From IMG/VR virus record IMGVR_UViG_3300020416_000002: a stretch of 64,000 nucleotides of DNA; one strand, 5' to 3'. Below the pieces are notes generated by a model. It made no database searches, was not told where the DNA came from, and worked only from the letters and a program-made list of their open reading frames with translations. Origin of the DNA: a virus. Position 1 is the stretch's first letter, and the number at the start of each line of letters is the position of its first letter. Of this stretch, positions 37,179-47,669 are shown piece by piece. The position numbers were made by a program, and so were the translations under genes.

Positions 37179-38492
37179 TTATTGTTTACTCCCAGAAGTG
37201 TCCCGTAGGACTCTGAGAGATGTGTATGATCTGTTGCCAGCAAAGTAGTGACTGAGCTCCTTTATAATATATAGACCGCTCAGTTTATCGTCAACCTCAT
37301 CATCAGAGGTAACTTTTGGAAACTGACAATCTATTTTATCACCTGCCATCAACTTTATGTTAACTGGCACTGTTAATGTCATGGATTGATTAAATAAACT
37401 ACTGTATCTCCAAATTGATTGTGCCATATCCTCAGTTTGAGGTTGTACAACCGTAGTGTCTACCTTAGGTTCTAAACATCCAGTAGCATTGATTCCAGTT
37501 AGAATTCTATGTGCCATGTATGGTCTACTAAAAGGATGTTCTCCATTAGTAGGATCAGCTTCTGGGGGTGGTTCATCCAATTCTGTTCCTAAGTGTTCGC
37601 CACCCATTGTTCCCCACTTAGCAGCATATGATGTATCATACTGAGTAAATCCCCATGTGTGTGGATTAAAATAAATTCTATATGTAGAATATTCTCCAGA
37701 CGCTGCAGACCTAAGAATATTTGCATGACTTTCTACAGTATATCCTAGAATTTTTTTAAAATTTAATTCTGAATTTTCACCAGTTTGAACACCACGATTA
37801 AAAATATACTCTGCAACTACATCACCACTAATGAGACTCTCAATAGACTTGAATCTCATACCATTTCTAGTTTGCCAAAAGAAAAATCCAGCAGTATTTT
37901 GTTTAGAGTTTTCAGGTATTGCTCTTGCGGCAAGCATAGGTGCAATGGTAAATGGTTTTCGCATGTTACCAATAAAATTAATCTTTCCTTTTGTGTTTTC
38001 TACCTCATCAATATCATCCCCAGTAAACTTACATGCCTTTAGTAAAACATTTATTAGATCTGAAATACTTTTACCAACAAACTTTTCAATAATTCTAGTG
38101 TTGTTATTGATAATTGCATGTCTAGATACTAAATTTAAAGTAAATACCTCCAATTGTTTCTCACCAACATAATTTGATATGTTATTGACATACATATCAA
38201 TTACAAATTCACCAACAGATGTTCCACGATCAAGTTCAATTGGAGTTGTTAAATGTATTTCTACTTTTTCTCCTCCTCTAATCGGTAAATCATCATATAC
38301 ACCTCTCTGTCCTGATGATGGATCAGCAGTATTTGTAATGGATAGATTAGCAGTAAAGGTAGGAGAAAAAAGATCTTCAAAATACTGAAATTCGACAACA
38401 CCAGCCTTCAATTCAATCTCTTTACTCCCGTCTAGGGAAAAGATCGTGAATCTTTCAAAAGTTGAACCTTGAGTAGGGGATGCTAATGCCAT
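37179..38492 (-). CDS. baseplate hub protein (gp27/GPD-like)
   Basis: YFEDLFSP, LPIRGGE, GFFFWQT, SGLYIIKELSH. Confidence 0.7.
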   Translation of the reverse strand: MALASPTQGSTFERFTIFSLDGSKEIELKAGVVEFQYFEDLFSPTFTANLSITNTADPSSGQRGVYDDLPIRGGEKVEIHLTTPIELDRGTSVGEFVIDMYVNNISNYVGEKQLEVFTLNLVSRHAIINNNTRIIEKFVGKSISDLINVLLKACKFTGDDIDEVENTKGKINFIGNMRKPFTIAPMLAARAIPENSKQNTAGFFFWQTRNGMRFKSIESLISGDVVAEYIFNRGVQTGENSELNFKKILGYTVESHANILRSAASGEYSTYRIYFNPHTWGFTQYDTSYAAKWGTMGGEHLGTELDEPPPEADPTNGEHPFSRPYMAHRILTGINATGCLEPKVDTTVVQPQTEDMAQSIWRYSSLFNQSMTLTVPVNIKLMAGDKIDCQFPKVTSDDEVDDKLSGLYIIKELSHYFAGNRSYTSLRVLRDTSGSKQ

Positions 38493-40402
38493 TAAGTAAA
38501 GTGATTATTGAGAACTCTCATAATATCGATTACATTACGACCTTCAGATGAAGTTTTTACCATAGATGTCGCACTAACTTTTTTAGTTCGTGGTTTTGCT
38601 ACGGTTGTGTTATTTATGATAGGGATTGGAATCGTGTACTTTTTCTGAAGTGGTTGTTCTGGAATATTCTCCTGAATAGTGCTAGAAATTGGTGGAGCAT
38701 TAATTGGTGCTTCTATTGGTTCAAGAGTAAAACCAGCATCATCAGGCACTTGGATAACTTGAGCGGGTGTGATATTAGTTTTACGAGTTTTACTAATTGG
38801 GTCTGGTCCTCTGTTCAAATGGAAAATTGTATATTGTCTTCCCTTGAAGGTAAATAAGATATTATTTCCTTCACCTCCACCACTTTGCTGATAGAGATCA
38901 CTTTCATTATATGAAATCTCAGGTGAGAATTGGATAGGTGCGTTGTTAATATCTTTTGAAGCAAAGTCAGGACCAAAATGAGGACTTTGTGTAAACGCCC
39001 GCCAAGGTGATGCAGGAGAAGATACCCTATATGAACTCAATGGTCTACCACGAACAAAAATATGATCCATAATTTCATGATCTGCTGTGATATGATCGCG
39101 TTCCCAATTAGTAGCTGGATATCTCTGAATATGAACATGAGGACCACTAGATCTACCAGTGCTACCAACATATCCTACAACCCTGCTATCACCAATATTT
39201 GAACCACCTCTTCCCATAATCTTTTGAGCACGATTAGAATTTAGTTGACCATTACCAACTCCCTGTTTAAATCTTGTAAAAGCCTCAGTAATTTTAGAAT
39301 CTGGAATAGTAATCATATTATCACCAGTTCCTAAAAACATTTTAAGGTGTCTTGCAAAATCCTCTTGGGTGCTTTCATGACTTAATCCTTTGTTGACTAG
39401 AAAATTCGTAGCAAGGGAGTCTTGAATTTTTGGAGTGAATTTAGCAGTCATTGGAATGATTGCTTGTGTTGCATAGACTTGTAACATATCGGGATTCATA
39501 CCATATCTTCCCACATCAGGTGCATCCATAGTAGATACCTCTTCTAAAGTTTTACTTGTTAATTCTGGATCATTTTCTGATCCGATTGAAGTATAACTGA
39601 AGTTCAAAGATTTTGCAACTAAATCCAGTAATGCCATATAGTTTGGATCTCTGTATACAGTTTTCGGATCCATATCATTAGTTGGATTTGGGGTATTTGA
39701 TGACCTTCCATCAAAAACATTTGTACCTTCAGGAGTTATAAGTTCCTCAGCTTTATCTTCTGCATTATTAGCATTTTCAAGTCTTGGATTTTTATATCCC
39801 TCTTCCTTACCATAATTTAAAATCATATTTTTAATATTCTCAAATGCAGCAACTGCAGCATTTTTTTCATTTCTTAATTCATCCGACAACTCACCAAATT
39901 CTTTTCTAATTTGACCAGACTTATCAGTAAAATCAAATTGTTTTAAATTATTCCAAACTGCTTTGATTACATCACCAATTTCTTTAAATATTTTAACTAT
40001 ACCTTGCATCAATTCATTTACATATGTAATAACCCTATTGACTTTTGCAATTAAATCTTCTATAAATTTAACAATCTCTGGTAATTTATCTAATAAAAAC
40101 CCTATAATTAATTGACCAATGACCTCTAGTAAATTGTCAAAAAAACCACCCTTCTTTTTCTTAAGTGCCTGACTTACACCACCAGTAGTTTTTAAAGGTT
40201 TTGCCTCTAGAACTCTTTCTTTTTCATCTTTTTTCTGACTATCTAATAATTTTTGTCTATCAATATTTCTGGTGTTTATTTGAGATTTTCTTGCTCTAAT
40301 TTTTGCACCCATAGCCTTCCTAAGACCTTGCGAAGTTTGTCTAATCGCAATGACCCCAAAACTAATTGTTGAAAATACTTCTTTATTAGGTATAAGTTTC
40401 AT
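38492..40402 (-). CDS. tail-associated protein with lysozyme-like remnant and circularly permuted M23 peptidase
   Basis: VGRYGM...FTPKIQD; GSTGRSSGPHVH precedes HFGPD and GGGEGN...FHL. Confidence 0.65.
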   Translation of the reverse strand: MKLIPNKEVFSTISFGVIAIRQTSQGLRKAMGAKIRARKSQINTRNIDRQKLLDSQKKDEKERVLEAKPLKTTGGVSQALKKKKGGFFDNLLEVIGQLIIGFLLDKLPEIVKFIEDLIAKVNRVITYVNELMQGIVKIFKEIGDVIKAVWNNLKQFDFTDKSGQIRKEFGELSDELRNEKNAAVAAFENIKNMILNYGKEEGYKNPRLENANNAEDKAEELITPEGTNVFDGRSSNTPNPTNDMDPKTVYRDPNYMALLDLVAKSLNFSYTSIGSENDPELTSKTLEEVSTMDAPDVGRYGMNPDMLQVYATQAIIPMTAKFTPKIQDSLATNFLVNKGLSHESTQEDFARHLKMFLGTGDNMITIPDSKITEAFTRFKQGVGNGQLNSNRAQKIMGRGGSNIGDSRVVGYVGSTGRSSGPHVHIQRYPATNWERDHITADHEIMDHIFVRGRPLSSYRVSSPASPWRAFTQSPHFGPDFASKDINNAPIQFSPEISYNESDLYQQSGGGEGNNILFTFKGRQYTIFHLNRGPDPISKTRKTNITPAQVIQVPDDAGFTLEPIEAPINAPPISSTIQENIPEQPLQKKYTIPIPIINNTTVAKPRTKKVSATSMVKTSSEGRNVIDIMRVLNNHFT

Positions 40403-42222
40403 GCTGAGTACACGCTAATATAATGGTACAAATAATCATTAGATGGATTTGCAGTAGGAATGTTAATACCAACAGTAGGTGATGAACCATCCTCACCATC
40501 ACCCTCGCCTGATGTTGCACCAGTGCCAGCAGTATCTGGCACAAACTCAAATGTTGGTAAATTTTCAGTCACATTATTGTAAATATTACTAAAACCTTCT
40601 CTAGCATTTGATATAGCATTATCAATATCCTTCATGGGAGTGAAGTTTTCCTGAAAATTACCATCCTCGTTTATATTGTTTGGTGTAACAGCTTCCATAT
40701 TAACATCAGATATATCAGTTGATGTTTTAGTAGTGCTAATAGGAATATCGTCTAGTCCTGGATATATTCTCGCCATAATCCTAGCGATTTGCTCATACAC
40801 AAGAGGATCTTTAACAGTATCATCTAATGTACCAAGTTTTCCATCAGGACCAGGTTCTTCACTTCTACTTCCAATACCACCCAAATTGAGAACTCTCATT
40901 GCTAGTGTATTGATAATATTATTATCACCTTCAGGTAAACTTGCCTTTAATCTTCTAACCTCTTTGAGGGTTTGTTGGAATTGAATTTCTAATTTGTCAA
41001 TTTGTATTTTTGCACCCTCCACATTTGTTTTTTTCTTTATTTGTTCTTGATATTCAAATTGTGCTTGTCTAATCCTAGACATGTCTCTATAAAGACCTGT
41101 TAAGTTTTGTAAGGTGGCAAGTTGTGGTTCTGTTCTATCAACATTCTTTGCTAGTTTAACTAGATTTTCCCTCTCAAAAGCAAAATCGGTCTTATCAGTG
41201 CCCTGCCATAAATATCGTTTATCTTCGTTGCTGCCGATTCCTAGAGCGGGTGAATTAATCAAGGATCCTTCTGCACCTGCTTTTCTATACCTAGGATCAC
41301 CAGTTCCATAGTATCCCAGTTCTAATGCTTTAATTTGTTTTTTAATCTCAGCAATAACGGTATTTCTCTCTGCCTCTTGGAACATTCTTTGGAAAATATT
41401 TCCCGTTAAATCTCCTTCTTCTGCTTTTTTTAATTCCTCTTTTAAGTTATCAATTACAACTTGCCTATCACCGTTAGCATCTGCAACTGCCTTAGCAATT
41501 TGTCTTTCTGCATCACTCTGTACATTAGTTTTTGCGAGGTTGAAGGCCATTACTGCTGCAATACCCATCCACACAACAGGATTTGCTAAGAGCGATAAAA
41601 TTGCAGGAATAGATGAAATAATTGCTCCTACTAAAGCAGTGATACCCGAAATAATTAGCGGTATACCAAACTGAAATGCTGCGAATACACCAACAGCAAC
41701 TAAACCAACTTTGATAAGATTATCTCGTATGTTTTCTAATGTTTTTGTATCCCCTGCATTATATGCCTTTAACGCCTTAAGTCCTTTATCTGCTAAGAAA
41801 CCAAGAAATAAATTTTTTAGCACATCCATGAGTCTCCCCATCAAACCCTTAGTCTTAGTACCAAGAGCAACGATAGGTTTTGTAAGTTTTTTAATTACAG
41901 AACCTTCAATAAATTTTTCTTTATTTACTTTCTTCTTTATATCTGCGTCTTTTTTGGATCTCTGTCTCTCGTCTTGGAACTCTTTATTGTCTAACTTAAA
42001 GTCAAGTTTAAGTAATTCCTGTACTGCAACTAAATTTCTATTAATCGCCTGTATTTGATTACCTAAAGCAGCAAAATCATTCTCTTTAATTGAATTTTCG
42101 GCAACAGCATTTTGTCTAGCAGTATCCATTCTCTGCGTCCCTGTTCGTGAGGATCTAGGCAGGAGTTTATCTACTACTACAACCTGTTTAGGTTTTGGTG
42201 CTTGCTGTTGTTCTTCAACCAT
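40399..42222 (-). CDS. tape-measure / gp29-like protein
   Basis: Coiled coil plus hydrophobic helices; position after gp26/gp51. Confidence 0.6.
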   Translation of the reverse strand: MVEEQQQAPKPKQVVVVDKLLPRSSRTGTQRMDTARQNAVAENSIKENDFAALGNQIQAINRNLVAVQELLKLDFKLDNKEFQDERQRSKKDADIKKKVNKEKFIEGSVIKKLTKPIVALGTKTKGLMGRLMDVLKNLFLGFLADKGLKALKAYNAGDTKTLENIRDNLIKVGLVAVGVFAAFQFGIPLIISGITALVGAIISSIPAILSLLANPVVWMGIAAVMAFNLAKTNVQSDAERQIAKAVADANGDRQVVIDNLKEELKKAEEGDLTGNIFQRMFQEAERNTVIAEIKKQIKALELGYYGTGDPRYRKAGAEGSLINSPALGIGSNEDKRYLWQGTDKTDFAFERENLVKLAKNVDRTEPQLATLQNLTGLYRDMSRIRQAQFEYQEQIKKKTNVEGAKIQIDKLEIQFQQTLKEVRRLKASLPEGDNNIINTLAMRVLNLGGIGSRSEEPGPDGKLGTLDDTVKDPLVYEQIARIMARIYPGLDDIPISTTKTSTDISDVNMEAVTPNNINEDGNFQENFTPMKDIDNAISNAREGFSNIYNNVTENLPTFEFVPDTAGTGATSGEGDGEDGSSPTVGINIPTANPSNDYLYHYISVYSA

Positions 42223-42392
42223 TAGCCTGTTTGTGCTTTAAGGTTCTCTTCTTCAATATGAGATTTAAGTAGAGAAAGATATATTTCCCGTTCCCACGGG
42301 ATCATGTTTTCAATATCACTCAAGCTATATTTATGATGCTGCATGAGGGCGAAGTTGATCTTGTAATAAGAGACAAGATCCTCATGCAACAT
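42222..42392 (-). CDS. gp51: baseplate hub assembly catalyst, gp51-like, 56 aa (below cutoff)
   Basis: Manual translation MLHEDLVSYYKINFALMQHHKYSLSDIENMIPWEREIYLSLL. Confidence 0.85.
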   Translation of the reverse strand: MLHEDLVSYYKINFALMQHHKYSLSDIENMIPWEREIYLSLLKSHIEEENLKAQTG

Positions 42393-42394
42393 CG

Positions 42395-43111
42395 CTAGTT
42401 GAAAAAAGCTGCTAATCCCTCAAGTGGAATAGTGCTCTCTACTTTTGTAACGGGATTGACAACTGTGACTTCATGATACAATCTGGGCATAGTAGCAAAA
42501 AATTTCTCTAGTTTTTTAAATTGCATTGATCCCAGTCCTTCTAGGAATTCAACCATTTCTTTGTGAGTAAAATCAGTTGACTTCCAAGTTTCTTCATCAT
42601 TGTAGATCATATCAACACAATCAGCGATCATATCAAATGATTGATCAAATCCAATATTTTCTATATCAAAGTTATCTTTAATAAATTGATCTAGTGATGG
42701 ATACCTCATTTTCATAGTAAGGGTATCATCTAATTTGATTTCTGGATCATGCTCTGGATCACGAATCACTCTAATCTCATCAAGGTTGACTGACATGTCT
42801 ACCTGAGTCTTACCGTCATCAGGACAAGTAACTTTAATCTCGACAGACTCACCAACTGACTTTCCTCTAACATTTAAGAAGAGATACTCAATATCAAATG
42901 TGGATAATTTATCAACTTTGATACCTCTAGTGAGGATACAGTTGTTTAAGACTTGTTTAACTGCAGTAGCAATATCTTTGATATCATTGCTCTCCATTGC
43001 AATAACAAGGATTTTTTCTTCTTTAACAAGAAAAGGTCTATATCTAACTTTTTTATTAGACGAAGGCAACACCAACTCATAAGTTGGAGAATTAATCTGG
43101 GGTAATGGCAT
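42395..43111 (-). CDS. gp26: baseplate hub subunit gp26
   Basis: MPLPQI, YRPFLVKEEKIL, FDIEYLFLNVRGKSVGE. Confidence 0.92.
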   Translation of the reverse strand: MPLPQINSPTYELVLPSSNKKVRYRPFLVKEEKILVIAMESNDIKDIATAVKQVLNNCILTRGIKVDKLSTFDIEYLFLNVRGKSVGESVEIKVTCPDDGKTQVDMSVNLDEIRVIRDPEHDPEIKLDDTLTMKMRYPSLDQFIKDNFDIENIGFDQSFDMIADCVDMIYNDEETWKSTDFTHKEMVEFLEGLGSMQFKKLEKFFATMPRLYHEVTVVNPVTKVESTIPLEGLAAFFN

Positions 43112-43133
43112 AATAATTTTATCAGTGGCTTAT

Positions 43134-43955
43134 TTAGGCGTTAAATCTAACGGATTCTTCAGGATTAAAACCTAGAGCAATATTTGTTGATGCTGGTACT
43201 ACTGGGAAGTCACCAATAATTTCCTCCTCAACAGAATCGTTATTAGATAAATCAGCACCAGTAGTGATAGGAGTTGGAATACTAAAGTCGTTCATTAGTC
43301 CGATACGCTTACGCGATCTACTATCAAACGCTCCAAAGAAGTAACGATCATAGGCGAATGTTACTGTACATTCTAGCACCCTATTACCATTATAGGCAAC
43401 GGGCATTGAAGTTACATTAACGGGGAATGCATTTAAGAAGGTATACTCTATACTTCTAAAATGATCTTTACCAAACTTCTGTACCTTAATACTATCACAT
43501 TTATACTCATTAGGATACTGCATACGATGATAATATCCTTGCTCTACTTTATCGTTAATAGATCCCTCGGCACCCATATCAGCACCAGACGCTATAAAGT
43601 CTTGCCATAACTCAAAAAATTGCAATACTCTATAATCAGTATCAACATAAAAAGTAAGATTAGTATCAGTATATACTCTAGTATGAGCAAACTTCTCAGT
43701 GATACCAATTCTATTACCTTCAATCTGTGCCGTACCAAAACTGGTTGCTGGTAATTGTGCTTGACTACAAAGCAATCCTAGATCTCTAGTAATAAAAAAG
43801 TTACTAACAAGAGGTGCTCTGGTTGTGATATGTCCACGCAGTCTAGTCAATGCACCAAACCCACTGAAGAATACTTCATAATGGTTGGTGGTCTCAACTT
43901 TTTGGAACAGTCTTCTTATCTGTTCCGTTTTCTTCTTTCTTGGATAAATGGGCAC
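43134..43955 (-). CDS. tail tube initiator (gp54/gp19-like)
   Basis: LCSQAQLP, TFYVD, FLNAFPVNV, VTFAY. Confidence 0.75.
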   Translation of the reverse strand: MPIYPRKKKTEQIRRLFQKVETTNHYEVFFSGFGALTRLRGHITTRAPLVSNFFITRDLGLLCSQAQLPATSFGTAQIEGNRIGITEKFAHTRVYTDTNLTFYVDTDYRVLQFFELWQDFIASGADMGAEGSINDKVEQGYYHRMQYPNEYKCDSIKVQKFGKDHFRSIEYTFLNAFPVNVTSMPVAYNGNRVLECTVTFAYDRYFFGAFDSRSRKRIGLMNDFSIPTPITTGADLSNNDSVEEEIIGDFPVVPASTNIALGFNPEESVRFNA

Positions 43956-43989
43956 AATAAATACCTAAAGATTATCGTTATGGTACAAC

Positions 43990-44421
43990 ATGGCATATTC
44001 AGGTAAGTTTAGACCTACAAATGTACAAAAATATCGAGGGGACTACCGTAATATTATTTATCGCAGTTTGTGGGAAAGAAAATTTATGAAATATTGTGAT
44101 AAAAATGAGAATATTATTGAATGGGGTAGTGAAGAGATTATAATCCCATACCGTTCTCCTTTAGATAACAGGTTACATAGGTATTATCCAGATTTTTATA
44201 TAAAGGTAAGATCTAGGACTGGTATTAAAAAAATGATTATTGAAATTAAACCTAAAAAGCAGTGCCTTGAACCAAAACCTCAAAAGAGAAAGACTAAAAC
44301 ATATATTAGAGAGGTAATGGAATATAGTAAAAACCAAGCAAAATGGCATGCTGCTAGAGATTATTGTCTAGATAGACGCATGGAGTTTAAAGTATTTACG
44401 GAGGAACATTTAGGTGTCTAG
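43990..44421 (+). CDS. gp4: head completion protein gp4
   Basis: YSGKFRP.N..KYRGD..NIIYRSLWE, WGSEE, RYYPDF, EIKP. Confidence 0.92.
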   Translation: MAYSGKFRPTNVQKYRGDYRNIIYRSLWERKFMKYCDKNENIIEWGSEEIIIPYRSPLDNRLHRYYPDFYIKVRSRTGIKKMIIEIKPKKQCLEPKPQKRKTKTYIREVMEYSKNQAKWHAARDYCLDRRMEFKVFTEEHLGV

Positions 44422-44764
44422 GCTACAGGAGGTTGTAGACAAAGCAACTGGACTAAGAAGTCCAGATGATATTATGGAGGAAATTTTAGTGGCACTTACT
44501 GACACTAAAAGAATACTTCCAGAGATAGGAAAATATTATACATTTGTATACCTAGCAAAAACACCTGGCATAGAATATGATGAGTTTCCTCTAATAGCAT
44601 GCATGGAATTGGAGAGATGGGGAATAAAAGGATTTAACTATCATTGGGGCAAAATGAGAAATTATACATGGGAGGAGGTGATTGGTGAGTTCTATGAAGT
44701 GCTACCAATAGAGGTGAATGACGCAAGAAATCTAAAATATGCAAAATTCAAGCTAAATACATAA
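44414..44764 (+). CDS. gp2-like DNA end protector (short form)
   Basis: GKYYTFVYLAKTP...YDEFPL...GFNYHW. Confidence 0.7.
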   Translation: MSRLQEVVDKATGLRSPDDIMEEILVALTDTKRILPEIGKYYTFVYLAKTPGIEYDEFPLIACMELERWGIKGFNYHWGKMRNYTWEEVIGEFYEVLPIEVNDARNLKYAKFKLNT

Positions 44765-44779
44765 AAATACCTCTGTGTA

Positions 44780-45802
44780 ATGGCGATTTTAGAAGGAACA
44801 TCATTTTTTCAAGAGAGTCTTAGCAATTTAACTAGTTCTGGTAGCAATGCTGGCACTAATGCACCTCCTGCAGAACCATTGAGGTATCCTATTGACATGA
44901 TTGCAGAGACTACTGACTATTTTAAATTAGATATTCTTGAGTATCCAAGAAACGGAGGAGGAACTGCTGGATTTTCAGCTTTACAGGAAGGTGATAAATT
45001 ATCAACGATAAGATCAAGTGAGGTTACTGATGTTGCTGCAAAAGCAAGAGCAAAACAAACAATTATTCTCCCTATACCTCAAAGTGTAAAAGATACGAAT
45101 GGTGCTGGTTGGAGAGAGGATCAATTGAATGATGTAAATGCACTTCTCGCTCAAGGTGGCATCAATCTTATGGAGTCTTCTGCATTTGGATTAAATACCA
45201 TCGCTAATGCATTTGCAAATCCAAGTAAAGCAGGCAACCAAGTAAAAAGTCAATTTTCCGATTTAGCTAATTCTGGAAGAGCACAAGGATTGGTTGATTT
45301 AATTAAAGCAAGAGCTGCTGCATCAACTGCAAATCTTGTAGGTGGTAATGTATCAGCAAATGGATTATTATCAAGGGCAACTGGACAAATTGTCAATCAA
45401 AATACTGAAGTATTATTTAACTCTGTTAAATTAAGAGGATTTGATTTTGGTTGGGATCTTACTCCTAGAAGTCAAACTGAAGGTATTATGTGTGGCAAAA
45501 TCATTAAGATGTTAAAAAAATCTTTGTCGCCAAAATTTGATAGGGCAAACCCAACTGGATTTTTAAATGCTCCTGACATATTCAGGATTACATATATGAA
45601 AGGGAGTGGTGAACATCCATTCTTAAATAAGTTTAAGGCACTTGCATTAAAAAATATGAGCATGAACTATACTGGTTCAAATACATACGCAACATATAGC
45701 GATGGAACTCCTATTCATATGCAGTTACAACTCACATTTATGGAACTTAATCCTATCTACTCTGAGGATTATGCTGGTACAACTAACGGAGTTGGATTCT
45801 AA
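44780..45802 (+). CDS. gp48: baseplate tail-tube cap gp48
   Basis: LRYP, IILPIP, LFNSVKLRGFDF, PRSQTE, LTFMEL. Confidence 0.88.
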   Translation: MAILEGTSFFQESLSNLTSSGSNAGTNAPPAEPLRYPIDMIAETTDYFKLDILEYPRNGGGTAGFSALQEGDKLSTIRSSEVTDVAAKARAKQTIILPIPQSVKDTNGAGWREDQLNDVNALLAQGGINLMESSAFGLNTIANAFANPSKAGNQVKSQFSDLANSGRAQGLVDLIKARAAASTANLVGGNVSANGLLSRATGQIVNQNTEVLFNSVKLRGFDFGWDLTPRSQTEGIMCGKIIKMLKKSLSPKFDRANPTGFLNAPDIFRITYMKGSGEHPFLNKFKALALKNMSMNYTGSNTYATYSDGTPIHMQLQLTFMELNPIYSEDYAGTTNGVGF

Positions 45803-46437
45803 TGGCAAATCATTACTTTAAAAGTTTACCTGACATACAGTACAGGAACCCTCTCAAGACTAGTAATACTCTTGACAATTATGTCACTGCAAAAAATTTA
45901 TTTGTCAGAGCAAAAGTTAGAGATGATATTATCCCTTCAATCACTTTCTTAAGATCTTATACTATTGAGGACGGTGAAAGACCACAAGATGTTGCAGAGA
46001 GATTGTATGGTGATCCACTGTATGATTGGGTTGTTCTAATAACTGCCAACATAATCAATGTCAGACAAGATTGGCCAATGAGTAGTAGGAATTTATACAA
46101 TTATTCTGTTAACAAATATGGTGGTGATCTAAACGCAACTAGAAACTATGAAACAGTTGAGGTTAAAGATAAGAATGGTAGATTAGTGTTACCTGCAGGA
46201 TTATCAGTTGACAAGAACTTTAGTATACCTGACCCTGACTCATTTAATATTACTCTTAATCCAGTTCTAGGCATTACAAATTTTCTAGCAGAGACTAGAC
46301 TAAATGAAAAGAAACGAAATATTAAATTAATGAGAAAAGAATTTCTCACACAATTCTTGTTGGATCATAAAAATGCAGTCGAGTATAAACCATCCTCGCA
46401 GTTTAAGTCTCGCAATTTAAAACAAGCAACTGGATAA
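45802..46437 (+). CDS. gp53: baseplate wedge gp53
   Basis: YFKSLPDI, GERPQDVAERLYGD, WVVL, NEKKRNI. Confidence 0.9.
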   Translation: MANHYFKSLPDIQYRNPLKTSNTLDNYVTAKNLFVRAKVRDDIIPSITFLRSYTIEDGERPQDVAERLYGDPLYDWVVLITANIINVRQDWPMSSRNLYNYSVNKYGGDLNATRNYETVEVKDKNGRLVLPAGLSVDKNFSIPDPDSFNITLNPVLGITNFLAETRLNEKKRNIKLMRKEFLTQFLLDHKNAVEYKPSSQFKSRNLKQATG

Positions 46438-47040
46438 TTATCTTAATTTAGGACCACTTGCCCATCCAACCAACACATATCTCACACCTTTTGTTATTGG
46501 GTTTGCTTTATGTGGGCATCGAGAGTCAAATACAACACAAGCACCTTTCTTAGCGGGAATGGTGCAATATTTGTTGTAGTAATCTACAATGACTAACTCT
46601 CCTCCCTCATAATCCTCTGGATCTGAGAGTTGAACACTCATGGATAATTTTCTCCAAACTTTTTTGTTAGGAGCTACACCATAGTCACAATGCCAATCAA
46701 ATCTACCGCCAGGTTTATATCTTAACACTTGAAACTCAAAAGTATTGATGTCAAACTGATATTGTTTAAAATTAATTCTAGTGAGGATTGATTCTCCGAT
46801 TAACTCAACATCAGTTCCCCTCCTAGGTGGATGAACATCACAAACTCTAAAATCTTCTCTAGAGTCGCCAGGAATTTTCTCAGGAATCCAATATTCCTCA
46901 GTATCTGGGATTTCTTCAATATATCTTGTTAATCTATCTTTTGCTTCATCATTTAGAGCAAACAGATAAAAAGGGTCTTCATGAGACCGATTCATTTCAT
47001 CTCTTTCTGCTGCTCTCTCAGAGAGAGTTTTTGTTTTCAT
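46438..47040 (-). CDS. 2OG-Fe(II) oxygenase (PKHD-type)
   Basis: WHCD, RKLSMSVQLS, YEGG, HKANPITKGVRYVLVGW. Confidence 0.9.
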   Translation of the reverse strand: MKTKTLSERAAERDEMNRSHEDPFYLFALNDEAKDRLTRYIEEIPDTEEYWIPEKIPGDSREDFRVCDVHPPRRGTDVELIGESILTRINFKQYQFDINTFEFQVLRYKPGGRFDWHCDYGVAPNKKVWRKLSMSVQLSDPEDYEGGELVIVDYYNKYCTIPAKKGACVVFDSRCPHKANPITKGVRYVLVGWASGPKLR

Positions 47041-47042
47041 AA

Positions 47043-47447
47043 TTAAAGAAGTGCTTCAAGTTGTGATACAGAAGTGGCGTTAGTAATGGTATTATATGGT
47101 ACTGTGGGGTTTGATTTAAGTGATGCAGATTCACCCCTCATATCTGCTATTGATTGAATATCTTCATTCTCTTTTTTAATTGAGAGATATCTACTCTCCA
47201 AAATTTCTTTGGTAATAGTCTTTGCATCATCTAATTCAGCAATGACATTTTTACTGTCATGGTAATACTTCCATGCTGATCTAAATGCAGTATTTGGTAG
47301 TTCAGATGCATCAATTAAAGAATACTCTGATGCAGTAATATCCTTTGCAATGATGGCATCATCAGATAGAGTGCAATCCACTGTAGGAATCACAACTCTA
47401 CACTTTCCATCTACGCCATTAAAGACTATGACTTTATCTCTTGCCAT
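47043..47447 (-). CDS. hypothetical (tail-fibre-assembly-like)
   Basis: KDI...IDASELP..FRSAW motif. Confidence 0.6.
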   Translation of the reverse strand: MARDKVIVFNGVDGKCRVVIPTVDCTLSDDAIIAKDITASEYSLIDASELPNTAFRSAWKYYHDSKNVIAELDDAKTITKEILESRYLSIKKENEDIQSIADMRGESASLKSNPTVPYNTITNATSVSQLEALL

Positions 47448-47636
47448 TATGAATTAGCAGCAGCAGTAATTACAATACTCTGTGCCCAAGGATAAGCGAT
47501 TGAGATTTTATTTCTAGCGTCGGTATCATCCTTCGCATATACATCTGCTCTAGTAGTGTTGGTATTATTACCATCATCAAAAGTGGCAGTGTAGTGATCT
47601 CCTTTGTATGCAGCCATTATTCTAGTTTAAGTAAAC

Positions 47637-47662
47637 AAAAAAGAGGGAGTTACCTCCCTCTT
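47637..47662 (-). terminator. intrinsic terminator after gp32; late promoter TATAAATA immediately upstream (47662-47669)
   Basis: AAGAGGGAG-GTAA-CTCCCTCTT-TTTT. Confidence 0.85.
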
Positions 47663-47669
47663 ATTTATA

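Noticed and set aside
43990-44421. TnsA-like transposase or mobile element
   Set aside because: It is T4 gp4 in its normal gp4-gp2-gp48-gp53 context; no terminal repeats
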